Source of the DNA: Octopus sinensis
Lineage: Eukaryota
DNA: 64,000 nucleotides
NCBI RefSeq assembly: GCF_006345805.1
Contig: NC_043008.1
Location: 70,308,001 to 70,372,000, forward strand
Direction of reading: 5' to 3'
Below are positions 1 through 13,377 of this stretch, in pieces. Both the position numbers and the translations under genes were made by a program. The notes under the pieces are model-generated. The model was not told the DNA's origin. It was given only the letters and a program-made list of their open reading frames with translations, and made no database searches. Within the stretch, counting starts at the first letter, position 1. Each line of letters starts with the position of its first letter.

Positions 1-23
1 ATATATATATATATATATATATA

Positions 24-350
24 GTGAAGAAGGTGCATGGCTAACTGGTTAGTGTGTTGGGCTTACAATCATGAGGTTGTGAGTGAATTTGATTCTTGGA
101 TGGGTCTGTGTGTCGTGTTCTTGAACAAGACACTTTATTTTTCATTGCTCCAGCTGTAGAAATTACTTGTGATATCACTTATGCCAGCCAAGCTGTATCA
201 GCCTTTCCCTTGGACAACATCAGTGGCATTGAGAGGGGAGACTGTATGCATGGATGACTGCTGGTCTTCCATAAACATTGCCTAGACTTGTGCCTCAGAG
301 GGTAACTTACTAGGTGCAATCCCACAGTCATTCATGACTGAAGGGGTTCC
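24..350 (+). mobile_element. tRNA-derived SINE, family C (CORE/V-like central segment)
   Basis: Head ggtgcatggctaactggttag...gattc, then cttgaacaagacactttattt...gctccagctgtagaaa; alignable by eye with copies at 18780-19112 (-) and 51868-52207 (+). Confidence 0.8.
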
Positions 351-352
351 TA

Positions 353-396
<44 letters not shown>

Positions 397-404
397 TATA
401 TATC

Positions 405-614
405 ATTCTTTAACAAGAAATAGTATTGACATTGACTTCGAATTTTTGGCTAGCTAAGCCATCATCAGACAGTAATTTTCTAGGCTGCCCTAGCAAATTT
501 TAACTTAACAGAAACAATATAAAACGAAAATGGACTTGAGTGCATTACAGTCCAATGATGGCTCAGCTTTCTGAAACTTTGAAGTCACTGTCAATACTAT
601 TATTGTTAAAGAAT
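405..614. mobile_element. Inverted-repeat relic (arms 405-476 and 544-614), each arm with a decayed hammerhead motif; Penelope pLTR-like
   Basis: The reverse complement of the right arm aligns with the left arm. The two copies reconstruct ACAGT-CTGATGA-T-GGCT..AGCC-GAA-ACTTCGAAGT-C-ACTGT. Confidence 0.65.
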
Positions 615-734
615 AATGAATTTCTACTTTATTAAATATATTGAGTAACCCTAAAATTTAATGTAAAATTGTTTTTATTATAACAAAAAACAGACATTAA
701 TATATAGGCACAGACATATTTATTTATCTATATG

Positions 735-915
735 TCTATGTCTTTGTGTCTGTGTTTGTTCCCCACCATCGATTGACAACCAGTGTTGATGAATTTACAT
801 CCCTATAATCTAGTGGTATAGTAAAAGAGACTGATAAAATAAGTTCAAGGCTTTAAAAAAAAATAAGTGCTGCCCCAACATGGCTGCACTCTAATGACTG
901 AAACAAGTAAAAGGA
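735..915 (+). mobile_element. SINE family A, 3' half
   Basis: ccccaccatcgattgacaac...aaaagagactgataaaataag...gccccaacatggctgcactctaatgactgaaacaagtaaaag, a motif set repeated many times in the window. Confidence 0.8.
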
Positions 916-1194
916 TGAATAAAGATAAAGTGAGAGAGGAAGAGAGAGAGAGAGAGAAGATTGACTTGGTACTGATATGTGACAGTTTAGTGTGTGTGTG
1001 TACAGAAATAAGAATATTCCCTGCCAAGTCATAGGTCCTTAGCTTTTTTCAATGAGGTGTAAGGGTGCCGTTATGACATCCAGTGTATTTCAGGCATTTT
1101 AAAACCTAAGGGAGCCCAAGTAAAACCTACTGGAATCCCTTAGTCTAACAATGGTTAGTATTTTCAAGAAGATGAGTAAGAGATAATTAGAAAG

Positions 1195-1365
1195 AAGGAT
1201 TTAGAGAAAAAAAGAATTGATTCCAGTATACAACTAGTACTTTATACATGAACCCTGAAAGAATGAAAGGCAAAGTCAACTTTGGTGGGATTTAAAATTA
1301 TTGCACAAAGAGTTGAAACAATTGCTGCAAGTAATCTGACATTCTAATGACCTTACCAGCCAACT
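1195..1365 (-). mobile_element. SINE family B fragment (cctttcat...agtac domain)
   Basis: gaaagaatgaaaggcaaagtcaactttggtgggattt. Related fragments at about 5080-5260, 14190-14640, 15000-15130, 28085-28440, 33160-33260, 34690-34860 and 41490-41670. Confidence 0.65.
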
Positions 1366-1419
1366 GTTTACTTATTAATAAGAATATGTATGCATGCATA
1401 CATATATACATATACAGCC

Positions 1420-1850
1420 TACACTGAACTATTGAGAAATTTGTAGTTACTTTATCCAGATTACAAATTCAAGTTTATACTTGTAATTATTGGGGCACTG
1501 AGATATGTAATAGATGGCCTAAATACAAATTTTGAGAAATGAAGCTTCTCACAACTAGAAAAGAGAAAGCTGATTTGAAGACTACAGATCCAATCCATCA
1601 CTGGAACTGAAAAATCTTTAAAGGTTTATTATTTAACTATATGTGAGCATGTCTAGATATGCAACTATATGCATGGGATTGCATACATAAAACAAAGTAT
1701 ACAAATCTGCACATATACACACATACAAAAATACCCTGTTGATGTTGTTGAAATTCCAATGAAGGAGCCTTAGATCTAGATTAGAAACCAGCTCTTTCTC
1801 TATTGGCAAGAAATCTTGAAATAAAACTGAATAATGACATCCATACATAC
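1420..1850 (+). mobile_element. 3' end of a restriction-like-endonuclease (R2 superfamily; R4/Dong or NeSL/Hero-like) non-LTR retrotransposon
   Basis: Manual translation FKFILVIIGALRYVIDGLNTNFEK*SFSQLEKRKLI*RLQIQSITGTEKSLKV matches the RLE C-terminal pattern (IIGALG...LQ..SI.GT). Confidence 0.65.
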
Positions 1851-2825
1851 ATTAATATAGAATATGTCTACATTAATGTAAATATCTATTTCTCTATCTT
1901 TATATATGTATGTGTGTGTATTATACATACACACATACATGCACACAAATAAGAAATAAGAATAAGCTCTTTGGCTCTTTGTGCAAATGTCTAACTGTAA
2001 TAAACTTCAATTATTCTGTACACTGACCAAGTGGCCAGCAGATGGTGTTATAAAGTCATCCATAGCCTAAGTCAATGCTAGCTAAGACATATGTGTAAGG
2101 TTATCTAAGGTTATATGTGTGTATAAAATATATTAATGGACAATGTTGCAAGCATATGAAAGAGACACATAATACCCAAATACCCACAACACACTCTCAC
2201 AGTTATACCCACATTTTCATTGCTGTGTTTATTGCCCTGTATTCTTAAATCTTACATATGTGTATATATATATGTGTGTTATTCTCTCTTTAAAGAATTT
2301 TTTTTATAAATCTATTATATTTTGTGATCATATATATGCATATGCAGCTCTCTCTCTGTGTGAATGTGTGTATATGTATGTATAATCATTCATGTATATA
2401 GCTCTGCATCTATCTCTCTTTCTAACACACACACACACACACGCAGGGAGAGAGAAATGAATATATCATACAGATGCACACACATCGATGCACATAAAAT
2501 ACATACACACACTAACACACATTGTAACCTTGAAATAATATGTAACATTCACATAGGAGCGGGCTCAGTAGAAATGCAGTAATGATTTGCAGTTGCTTTC
2601 CTACTTCTATTTCCAAATACTCTCTATACTTGGATGTCTTTCCTAACACCAGCCACTCTACAGAATCTACTGGGTGTAGTTTACTGTGGCACCAGCCCTA
2701 ATTATGTTGTCTTTACCTGGGAATACAAAAGATTTCTCTCTTCTTCACCACTGTACATTGTCTCCATTCAAAGCATCATTACCATTAAATGTGGAAGGTA
2801 GAGGATGACTGCAGAAGATCAGCAT

Positions 2826-3210
2826 TGGCACAGGCATGGCTGTGTGGTAAAAACTTTGCTTCCCATCTACAGGGTTCTGGGTTTGGTCTCACTATGTGGC
2901 ACTTTGGGTAAGCATCTTCAACTAGAGCCTCAAGCTGACCAAAGCCTTGTGAGTGGATTTGGAATACAGAAACTGAAACAAGTATAATATGTATGTTTGT
3001 GAGTGTGTCCCCACCACTGCTTGACAACTGATGTTGGTGTGTTTATATCCCCATAACTTAGTGGTTCAGCAAAAGAGGCTGATAGAATAAGTACCAGATT
3101 TAAAGAAAACAAAAAAGTAAAGTAAGTACTGGCGTTGATTTGTTTGACTAAAATTTTTGAAGGTGGTGCCCCAGCATGGCCGCAGTCTAATGACTGAAAC
3201 AAGTATGAAA
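2826..3210 (+). mobile_element. SINE family A, near full length
   Basis: tRNA-like head ggcacaggcatggctgtgtggtaa...gggttctgggtt, internal TG/TA tract, tail ccccagcatggccgcagtctaatgactgaaacaagt. Confidence 0.85.
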
Positions 3211-5720
3211 TAGGTGAGAACAAGAAAGATGTGAGAATATGAATGTGTAGAGAGTGACCAAGTAACGATGTGGAAGGAATGTAAAATGAGCAAGACAATG
3301 CTAGGAGTATGATGAAGAGGGCCATTGATAGCAAGGAGACATTAATGGTAGGGTGTAATAAATTACAGTAATTGGAGAGGTTTGTGGTAAAGAGAGAAGT
3401 GATGGACAATTTATAAAGCTGGTTTGTAGCAGGTAAAATTATATTGGATTTCCATAGAATGACCTGTGGGGAACGATGGTTGCTAAAGTTAAGAGAGAGA
3501 TAGCCATGAAAAAGACAGAGAAAAAGGAAGGAGTTGTAAGCAATGCATGTTTGTTGGTATGGGAGAGAGAGAGTATGTGTCTGTGTGGGGGGTGTATCAT
3601 GAGTTGGACTCGAGTAGATCTAGTGTAACATACTAGTGTGTGTGTATGGGCTCATTTTAGTAATTATTTCTGATATGCTATGTGAGTGGAGAATCTTAGT
3701 AGAGACCAGAAATATATATATAGCAGTCATCTGCTAGTGTCTTTTCAAATTTAACCGAATCATACTTTTAAACTTCAGCAAAATTTTCTGTGGATTTGTA
3801 TGAAAATATGAGAAAAATATTTTTTTTCAACTCGTCTTGTTACTGTTATTGTTTAGTCTCTTGTTCCCCCCCACCCCACCAAATGGAGCAAATATAAGAT
3901 CAAATGGTTTCCATTCATGCCCATTCTGTATTTTATCTTCAAACACAGTATGTGTTGGTCTTGTCTTAAAATGTTAGGACATATTCTTAATGTAAATTGG
4001 CTGTTATGTCTAGTATATAAGGTGACCATGTAAAAATTCCCTTGTTAGTTTCTAAGTTTTTAACAATAAACAGTAATGGTGTGTGTTGATTTAAAAAGAT
4101 AAAGAAGAAATACACAAAGCTGTAAACATTAAGTATTGCTTGTGAGAGCAGCAGGTCCTAATATAGATATATTTTCTTTGAAATGTCGAATGAGACTCAC
4201 TGAGTGAAAACAAGCACTATCATTTTTATTATCAAGTATATTTCCTTATTGGAATCTTCCAGAATTCTGGTCACATTCTTCCTTTTGTTGGAAACAGCTT
4301 TGCTATTTATTCCAATTATAACCTTATATTCAATAGGTAATGAAATTGTTCTCATAAAGAGAAATGAATGCATTACAAGATAGTGTGTGGATGACAGTGG
4401 TTATGGGGAGAGATTTATGGCTCTGTCTTCCTTCACCCCTATCTTTCACCCATTTGCCAGGAGGTCACATTAAAAAGGATTTATTATGATTCATAGCATG
4501 GTGCCAATTATCAAGAGAGAAGTATTGTACCAAATTCTAAGACATTACACTTGTCGATTCTTAACCCTTTGGAAGCTAATTTTTTTTATTTTTAGTCGTG
4601 ACAAAATTAGATGTTACTGTCAGCATTTCAAGGACAAAGTATAAAAATAAACAAAAATAAATGTTAAAATTCAGATTTTATTTTTATTTATTTATTTAGT
4701 TTAGTTTTATATTTTTATTTTTCATATTTGAATCGAAATTGTTCTTGTATGTAAACATAATGGAATAAGAATTAGGAGAGGTGATTGGTGGTGTTTTGAA
4801 ATGAGAAGGAGGAAAAAATTTTTGGAAAGTAACTCTAAAAATGAAATGAAAATTATAAAATTTATATTTTAAAAACAGGAATATAAAAACTAGGAAGAGC
4901 AAATGCTGTTGTAATAATGGCAATGAATATAGAATTGGTGGAATGTTCCAGAAAATATTTCTTCATATTTGGTTGTGTCTGTATGTGACTGAAGTTAAGA
5001 TTCTGTTTGTTGTTAAGTAAATAAAATACAAGTTAAATATTGGAGTAATTTTAATTGAATGCACCTTTGTTCAAAATGTATGGCCATGATCTAGCTCTTT
5101 ACATTCTGGGCCCAAATTCCTCTGAGATCAACATAGTCTTTCGTCCTTTTGTGGTCAATAAAAATACACACACTATCAGTCAAGTACTGGGTCAATGTTA
5201 ATCGACAAACCCTCTTCCCTCAAATTTCTTGGTTTTTGCTTAAATCAGAAACCATTTATATTATTATTATTATTATTAATGTAGTGCAAAGTAGGAATCA
5301 GTAGAATAACTGTTAAGGAAAGAACAAAAACTATTACTCAATGTATATCCGTGTGTTTAAGGAGCTTGCTTTGCAACTACTTGGTTTGGGGTTCAATCCC
5401 ATTGTGCAGCACTCTGGGTTAGTGTCTCCACTATAGCTTCAGGCTGACCAATGCCTTGTGAGTGAATTTGGTAGATGGAAGCTGTGTGGAAGCCTATCAT
5501 ATCTCTGTGTATGTGTGTATGTGCAAGGTGAATATAATCAAAATAAGCAACAGGATATCAAAAGGTCATGCAGTATGACTGTTTCAAGAGGTTTTATTTA
5601 ATTGAACAATAATGCAATCATTACATCAATTTAAATGCAAGGCAATCATCAGCTGCACAAATAAATAGAATTTTAATCAGTTGGACACATTAATATAATG
5701 TTTCTCAAATACTTTAACAG

Positions 5721-5819
5721 AACAAGAAGAGGGAAGAAATCCATGTTGACACTATTGCAGCTAAGAATAGACTACACTTCCAAGAAAAGCATGAAGTGTA
5801 CTGGGGTCATACCTTGTAA
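5721..5819 (+). CDS. Candidate coding exon, possibly terminal, of an unidentified gene
   Basis: Acceptor tttctcaaatactttaacag| followed by the non-repetitive frame NKKREEIHVDTIAAKNRLHFQEKHEVYWGHTL*. No homolog recognised. Confidence 0.3.
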   Translation, partial: NKKREEIHVDTIAAKNRLHFQEKHEVYWGHTL

Positions 5820-6253
5820 AGGATTGTTGTTCATTTCTAATTTATTTTCTTTTTATCAACTACTAAATCTAAGACTAGAGGACTGTGTCTGAATGGAATG
5901 AAGGGCAAGAGTGAGTTGACAGCTTATGACTTGGTATGGTCATAAATATTATCAAGATATTAATAGTAAATTGGGTATAAAGTAACTGTCTATAAAAGGA
6001 GGCTGGGTAGGGGAAGACTCTAAATCATGATGCTAATTACCAGTTAATTACCATCTTGCTCTGTTAAAGTATTTAAGAAAAATTATATCAATGTGTCAAA
6101 TTCATTAAAATTCTATTTATTTGTGCAACTGATGATAGACCTGTCTTTAAATTGATGCAATGATTGCATTGTTCAATTAAATGGAGCCTCTTGAAACAGT
6201 CATACTGCATCACTTCTTGATATCCTGTTGCTTATTTTGATTATATATATATA

Positions 6254-6289
<36 letters not shown>

Positions 6290-6519
6290 CCATATATGGG
6301 TATGTATTTTGTGTTTATCTCCATTACAGCTGGACAACTGGAGTTGGATTATAATGATACCTATAACTTAGCAGTTCAACAAAAGAGACTGATAAAATAA
6401 ATATCAGAATTCAATATATATATATATATAAAAAAAAGAACAGTGTTCTTCTGTTTGGCTAAACCCTTCAAGATAGTAAAATAAGTAAAAGTTAAATGAA
6501 GTTACATGTTTCTTCTTGT

Positions 6520-8070
6520 ATGTACTGATTTCAAATTCGGTAAAGAGTAACATTGTATTAGATTTATGGCTGACCTGAATTATTGTAACTATGTTTTAAT
6601 AGGTAAGAATTTGGATGTTTTGTAATCAGAGTACACTGCACCATTTCAAACTGTGTCTCTGTGCAGATAAATGTACATAAAGAATTTTTTGAGATATTTG
6701 GTGCTGTGAAACATCAACATCAAGAGAGTAGTCTTTTTTTGTAAAATTTGATGTATCTTAATTTCAATTTTACTAGTAATCTGTCTTTTGCATTTTCTTC
6801 ATATTTTTAACCTGATAGACTTTGTATCATTCTAACCTCTTTGGTGAGTCTGTGGCACCAGAGATGCTTAATTTTGCGTATGATCTATGATGTTCGATTT
6901 TTGGAGAATAGTGTATCTTATTGTTCCTTTGATGTCTTCATTTTCATTAGTTTCTTGTGAGGTGCTTTGTTGCTGTTTGGAAGAAATTGTTCTTCACCTA
7001 TTTTCATTATTTTATGCTGGGTTTTCTTTGTTTGTGAATTTTTTTCTTTTCTTTTTTTCCCCCCTTCATATTGTCACAGAACATTTGTGAATATTCTGTA
7101 ATTATTCATTATTTCCTCCTCGTCACACAATGAAGGTGCAATACTGAAGGGTGGTTCTGTTGGGGAACATGTCAGTTGCTCATGTATTTGTAATATTGGG
7201 CCTAAAGATATTTATTGAGTTGTCCCTAGAGTTTTAACTGATGGAAACTTGAGATTTCATATTCTTTCTGTTGTTACTCTTAATACTCATTATTTTTGTT
7301 TCCCTTGTTTTTACTTCCCAGTTTTTCTGAGCATTCAGCACTGGTGTGTTTTCTCTGACAGATATAGCAATCAGAGTTTATGCTCTGTATCATCAGTTCC
7401 ATGCCTGTTGCCTTGGTGCCATATTCTCAGTACAGTCTCTGTGTGGCTCTATGGCCTTCAGGTGTCATTCAAATTTACAAACTTATTTTAGCATCCATCT
7501 GGCTACATGTCTCTCTTTGGAGACCCTGTTTTGACTACTCTCCCATTCTGCAACACAAAAGTCACTATGAGCCATGGATCTACTTTGTATTCGGTGGCTC
7601 TAATTGTATTTCCTTGATCCTTGTTCTGGGGTCCAAATGTATAACCAACAATTTCAGCTAATATTTTGTTGACCTTGATTTGAAGCTACTGCAGATAAGT
7701 GCCAAGTGCCATAGTTTTAACCTTTTTCAATTTAGATATCTTACTAGAGGTTCTTGAGAGCCTCTTGTACTGAGAGAAAATTTATTCCACTTACATGTAT
7801 TCATAATCAAAGGTATATAATTCTTCTCTTTGCTCTCTCCTGGATTATCTTCAGCAGCAAAGAAGAACTATTCAGGCATTTTTTTCCTGGTAACTATGAT
7901 AAGTCTAACAATTCCTACAATTTTGAATTGAAAGAAGGTTTGTCTTTATACAAGTACTCTGTAGAACTGCAATATCTGGAATCAAATGTGAGTTGCTACA
8001 ACTCTTGTTGTTATGACTGGTGCTGCGTTATTTGATTATTTTGGATATTTTCTTCCATTAACCCTTTCAT
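6520..8070 (-). mobile_element. Highly decayed LINE, possibly an RTE-type endonuclease region
   Basis: Minus-strand remnants NIIDH and DRLLVKLKLR resemble APE motifs IDY/SDH.LV..KL; many stops. Confidence 0.3.
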
Positions 8071-8764
8071 TACCATATTTACGTTGAAATATACCAGCTT
8101 TGTTTCGAATAATTTTTAAAACAAATTTACTCAAATTGTTGTCATTATTAAACTGGTGTTTGGAACATAAATTATCCTGAGATTTTCTTGAAGAATTTTT
8201 GTTTAGATTACTTTAAAACCAGATGTTTGTATTGTCAAACCAAGGATAGCTTCAGACATGCTGGTATCGAAAGGATTAAATGTTTACTAAATTCTTCACT
8301 TCCTTCTTCGTCTTGTACATTTAGTTGGCTGCTAAGGTTTTGGGTTGTTTTTGAAGCTATTACCATGTTTTGTCATGTTGCATAATTGGATCTTAGGCAT
8401 TTTAGATGTGATAAAGTAGTGCGTGTGTAAGTAAAATGTCAAAATATTGTATAACAAACCTCTTTGTTTTCTGTTACCTAACCTCAGGAACTAAAAGCAG
8501 CCCTTCCTTAGACATTTATAGTTCTTTATGCAAGCTGGTATTAAGAAGGGCTTCTATTCAGAGACCATGTTAAAGTAGTCAGTGATGCATGACATAGTCT
8601 TCTGACTCTTCAGCCTTTGTCAAACTGACCAACCCATGCCAGCATGGAGGTTAGACATTAAATGATAATCACACACACACACACACAAACACTTTATGTC
8701 CTACATATCTGTGTGCATGTATGTTTGTTTGCATGTTTGTGTGTATATATATATATATATATCT

Positions 8765-9125
8765 TCTAGTTGTTTCAGTCCTTAGGCTGTGGCCATGCTT
8801 GAAGAGCTTTTAGTTGAATGAATTGACTCCAATACTTATTTCTTAAAGCCTGGTAATCATTTTATCAGACACTTTTGCTCAACTGCTAAGTTACAGGAAC
8901 GGAAAAACACCAACACTTGTCAAATGGTGGTGAAAGACACACACACATACACACACACACATGATGGGATTCTTTTAGTTTCCATTTAACACATCCACTC
9001 ACAAGCCTTCTGGTGGCCCAAGGCCATAGTAGAAGACACTTGTCCAAGGTGCCACACGGTGGGACTGAACCCAGAAGAATGTGGGTGGAAACCAAACTTC
9101 TGACCACAGAGCCATGGCTGTGTCC
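8765..9125 (-). mobile_element. SINE family A
   Basis: Reverse complement of the head (gggactgaacccag, cacagagccatg) and tail (gtttcagtc...gctgtggccatgc), with an internal (CA)n tract. Confidence 0.8.
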
Positions 9126-9129
9126 CTGA

Positions 9130-9268
<139 letters not shown>

Positions 9269-10629
9269 CACATATATATATTACATGTGCATAGAAATAG
9301 TTATCTATATGATATGACTGCATATGTACATATTCATATTCACTTAGATTAATGAAAGTATCTCTCTGAAGGCATGTCATGTTTAAATTCATTGACAATG
9401 ATTCATTTTCAAAAGTGATGATGCATCAGTTCTTTTAAATCTATAAAACTTCATTTATTTTTTCTTTATTGCAACGTTGAAACTGTAATGCAATTGTTTA
9501 ATATATTCACATTTTTTGTGTTCATTATTCAATTATAAAAACCTTTCATTTAATATTCACAATAGATCTTTGTGTCATATATAGAAACTAGTCTCCCTTG
9601 TGATTTTTTTTTAATTGTTCAAAAAAGGAGGGCATATATGTGTGCATATACGTATGTGTGTGTATATATATATATATATATACACATATGCACATGTCTT
9701 TGTGTGCATATATATGTATATTTGGGTGTATGTACATACTTGTATTTGCATGAATATATGTAAATATACATATGTATGTCTGTGTATGTATGTAAATAGG
9801 GGTGTGTATATGTGTTTGTAAATAAATAAAAAGAGAAAAACGGCGAAAGGAAGGGAGATAATTTTTTAAAAAATTAAGAATTAATCTCTCAGTGTTAATC
9901 TACATGCTTATAGGAAAGACTGAAGTTTATGAGGGATAACTCTGGACAAGTTTCAGTCTATCATACCTCATTAGCTTTGTGCAGTTTACTAAAGCCTGCT
10001 GATTAGATGACAAAGATAATCATGGAATTCAAAAAGGGTTATGCATAATTGCTTATCAGTATAATTTGCATAATTTAAAGGTGGAAATGATTATTGAAAG
10101 TAGCTTGAATAAATGAAAGGCATGAATTCAAGGCAGTATGTTATGTGTACCGAATGATGCATTCAAAACCATTCTTCATCGATTATTTTCCTCTTGTTGG
10201 AAGAAAGACAATGAGTTAGCACCAGACATTTTTTTTACTCATATTTAAGTCCAATAACTGAAACAGCTAAAAAAACACAAAAGAGAAGAAATTTTTAAAT
10301 CTTTCTATGATGCAAATAATCTAAACTTATGGAAATTGGCCAGTTATTCCAGCACCTGTAACTGAAACCAGTTAGATTTTCTACTACTACCTTAGCAATT
10401 GTTTAGATAGATTGGTATGAATACTTTTCTGATGAAGCTGGTGTCACTCATCATATACTAGAGGTTAGTGACTTCAGAGCTTGATGGACACTAAAACTGA
10501 AGACAATTTGGGTAAGGTGAAAGGTTCCTTATACTAGAGGATCAAGAAAGGTAACATGTATGTTGAAATGGAGGAGAAGGTAGAGGCTTACAACACAGAG
10601 GACAACTGTGGCTTTTTTTGAGCCAATCT

Positions 10630-11490
10630 GCTACTAGCTACCTATGAAAAATCTGTAGATGAAATGAGGTTCCAGTCCCACAGGTAGTAATATGATGGCA
10701 GACAGGTAAGATTGTGATCCCCTGTGTGCCAGTGTACCTTGTAAGTTTTATACTCAGTTTAGAGTGCTGGTAGCACAGGGCTTGATATCTTTCACCATTA
10801 AACTTCAAATTATGGTCCTCAGCCCATCTGTAAATTGGATCCAACTCCTGCTGCAGGTGTGCAACATTGCTGGGGTTCTGTATTTTCTGTGAGACTTCTG
10901 TATTGTTTGCATAAATCGCAAGGGTGGTCCCTTATCAAAAGCTTTTGCGAAGTCAAGGTATATTACGTCCACATTTGAGTTGTTGAGTAACTGCTTCAGC
11001 ATCAAGTCATACTGCTGTAAGAGCTGGGTCAGGCAGCTCCAACATGGTTGAAAGCCATGCTGGGTATCACTCAGCAAATGGATTTCTTCAAGGAATATGG
11101 TTAGTTTCCTTCTGATTATCTGTTCCATGATATTTTGGCATCTGTTCTGTTTTCCCCTTTATGGATTGGGTATATTATTTCCTCCTTCAGTTTGCTTGGT
11201 AGCCTGCCATTTGCAAGAAAGCTCTGGAAAAGAATCTGTTGTGGTTTCGCCAGGGTATGCTTACACAATTTGAGAAGGATTGCTGGGAAACTGTCAGATG
11301 AGTTTGCATCCACCTCATCTATGGCTAGTAGTATATCTTCTTCACTAATGTTAAGGGAAAGTCATTTGAGGTTGTCGATTCATTCGTCTACCTTGGAAGC
11401 TCTGTTCAATATTATGGAAATCTTGATACAGAAATACAGCTGTGAATTCAGAGAGCAGCAAAAGCATCTGGTGGCTTGGAGTCATGGGTT
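10630..11490 (-). mobile_element. Old CR1-group LINE RT fragment with an internal deletion
   Basis: DSFPAILLKLCK..LAKP, IIYPIHKG, QHGF...SCLTQLL, VDVIYLDFAKAFDK, then a jump to WAEDHNLKFN. Confidence 0.85.
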
Positions 11491-11499
11491 TGGTGCCAG

Positions 11500-12340
11500 C
11501 GACATATAAATAAGAATACAAAGCTGGCTCCTAACAAATCATTTGTCTTACCATCCCTGTTGTATTCCTGTGAAACTTGGACTTGTTATGAAAAGCATCT
11601 TAAATTGTTAGGATATTTCCACCAAAAATGCCTTCATCACATTTAAAAAATTAAATGGAATTCTTTAACTCAAAACAGATGTCTTTGCATCTACAGGCAT
11701 CACCTCAGTTGAAGCTATGATTTTGCAGAACCAATTGAGGTGTGGCAATATTGTTTGAATGGCAGATAAATGCATGCCAAAACAGCTGTTTTATGGTAGG
11801 CTTGCAGAGGGCAAACACTATCAAAGTAAACCTAAAAAAAGGTTAAATGATGGTATAAGGAATACTATGAAGTCACTTGGAATGGTTCCAGAAGATACAG
11901 AAACCGTTGCTTTAGATCGAGTTGGATGGTGAACAAAGGTGTAGAATGGAGTGAAAGCATTTGAAGAGGCCAGGATAATACAAGTAAGACTCAAAAGAGA
12001 TTTAAGGAAGAATGTAATGATTGAGAAGGTGAATGACAATGACCTTTTTGTGTGCACAGCTTGTGACAGACCATGCCTGTCTTTTGCTGGCCTCAAATCT
12101 CATCTGCAAACGCATGGAAAATAAACCTTCACCAACTATTCTGCCTATATGTCTGCACCCACCTTTGAATGCAGCGTATGCCAGAAGGTTTGCAAATCCA
12201 ACAGAGGCCTCAAAAGACATTTTAAGATCCACAAAGAGCAGAACTGATCTGCAGGTCTTAGTGGTCCAAATCAGAGGTGCAATCTGTGTGGGTGTCTTTT
12301 CAGAACATTGTCTGGTTTAAAAAGCTACCATGATGCCCAC
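11500..12340 (+). pseudogene. RTE-clade LINE ORF2 3' part ending in three C2H2 zinc fingers
   Basis: VLPSLLYSCETWT, MPKQLFYG.L..GK, KPKKRLND; then FVCTACDRPCLSFAGLKSHLQTH, FECSVCQKVCKSNRGLKRHFKIH and CNLCGCLFRTLSGLKSYHDAH in one frame with two stops. Confidence 0.8.
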
Positions 12341-12385
12341 TTGCCATCAGGCAAGCTTGCAACTTGGCCAGTCCACCACTGACTG
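12336..12385. mobile_element. Solo end of the MITE family seen at 47870-48148
   Basis: ccacttgccatcaggcaagcttgcaacttggccagtccaccactg closely matches 48105-48148. Confidence 0.75.
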
Positions 12386-12911
12386 TAGGATAGGTATGGA
12401 GGCTGATGTTTGGATAAATAAATGCAAGGAATTCAAATGGAAGGAATCTGTGGAAGAGTTAGATGGTAGGAAGAGGAAAAAGTGGTGAAAGTTGATTTCA
12501 GGTGACTGAACATCATGGATGAGTTGACAAAGGGCCATTAACAAACAACTAGATGGGGTACCTGATCTTTTCTGATGCAGGTATGGCTAAATGGTTGTGT
12601 AAAATAATGTTGATGATGGTGATGACAATGTTGCTGATTGATAAACACATAAGTACAGACATATATACATATACATATATTTATACATCCACACACTCAC
12701 ACACAATTGTTGTTTCCATACCTATTTTTCAATACAGTTAGGGGTGAAGTGAAACTTTTTGAGATGGGTTTTTACAGCTGGATACCCTTCACTAATCAAC
12801 TCTTTCAGTCACCTCTTACAACACATAGGGACAGTGTATCTATTTACAACCCTTGGACACACACACTCACGCACACAAATATGTGTGCGTGTATATATAT
12901 ATATGTATATA

Positions 12912-12983
<72 letters not shown>

Positions 12984-13334
12984 ATGTATATACTAACACA
13001 TACACACACACATGTATGTTTGTGTATATATGTTCATGCATTATATATGTATCCATCTGTCTGTCTGTCTGTCTATCTATCTATCCATCTAGATAGATAG
13101 AGAGAGAGAGAGAGTTAGATTGATGGATAGATAGATGGATGGATGGATGGATAGATAGATAGATAGATAGATAGATACATAGATAGATACATAGATAGAT
13201 AGACAGACAGATATATGTAAGTGTATGTGTATGATGAGTAGGTGTTCATGTGTGTGTATCTGTGTGTATGTGAATGTATCTCCTGTCCTTCTCTTTCTCC
13301 CTCCCCCCTCTCTCTGTATATATATGTATATATA

Positions 13335-13377
<43 letters not shown>

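Noticed and set aside
10035-10080. Octamer-like motifs (atttgcat, tatgcataat; also atgcaaat near 17013)
   Set aside because: Expected by chance in AT-rich DNA; no conservation data.
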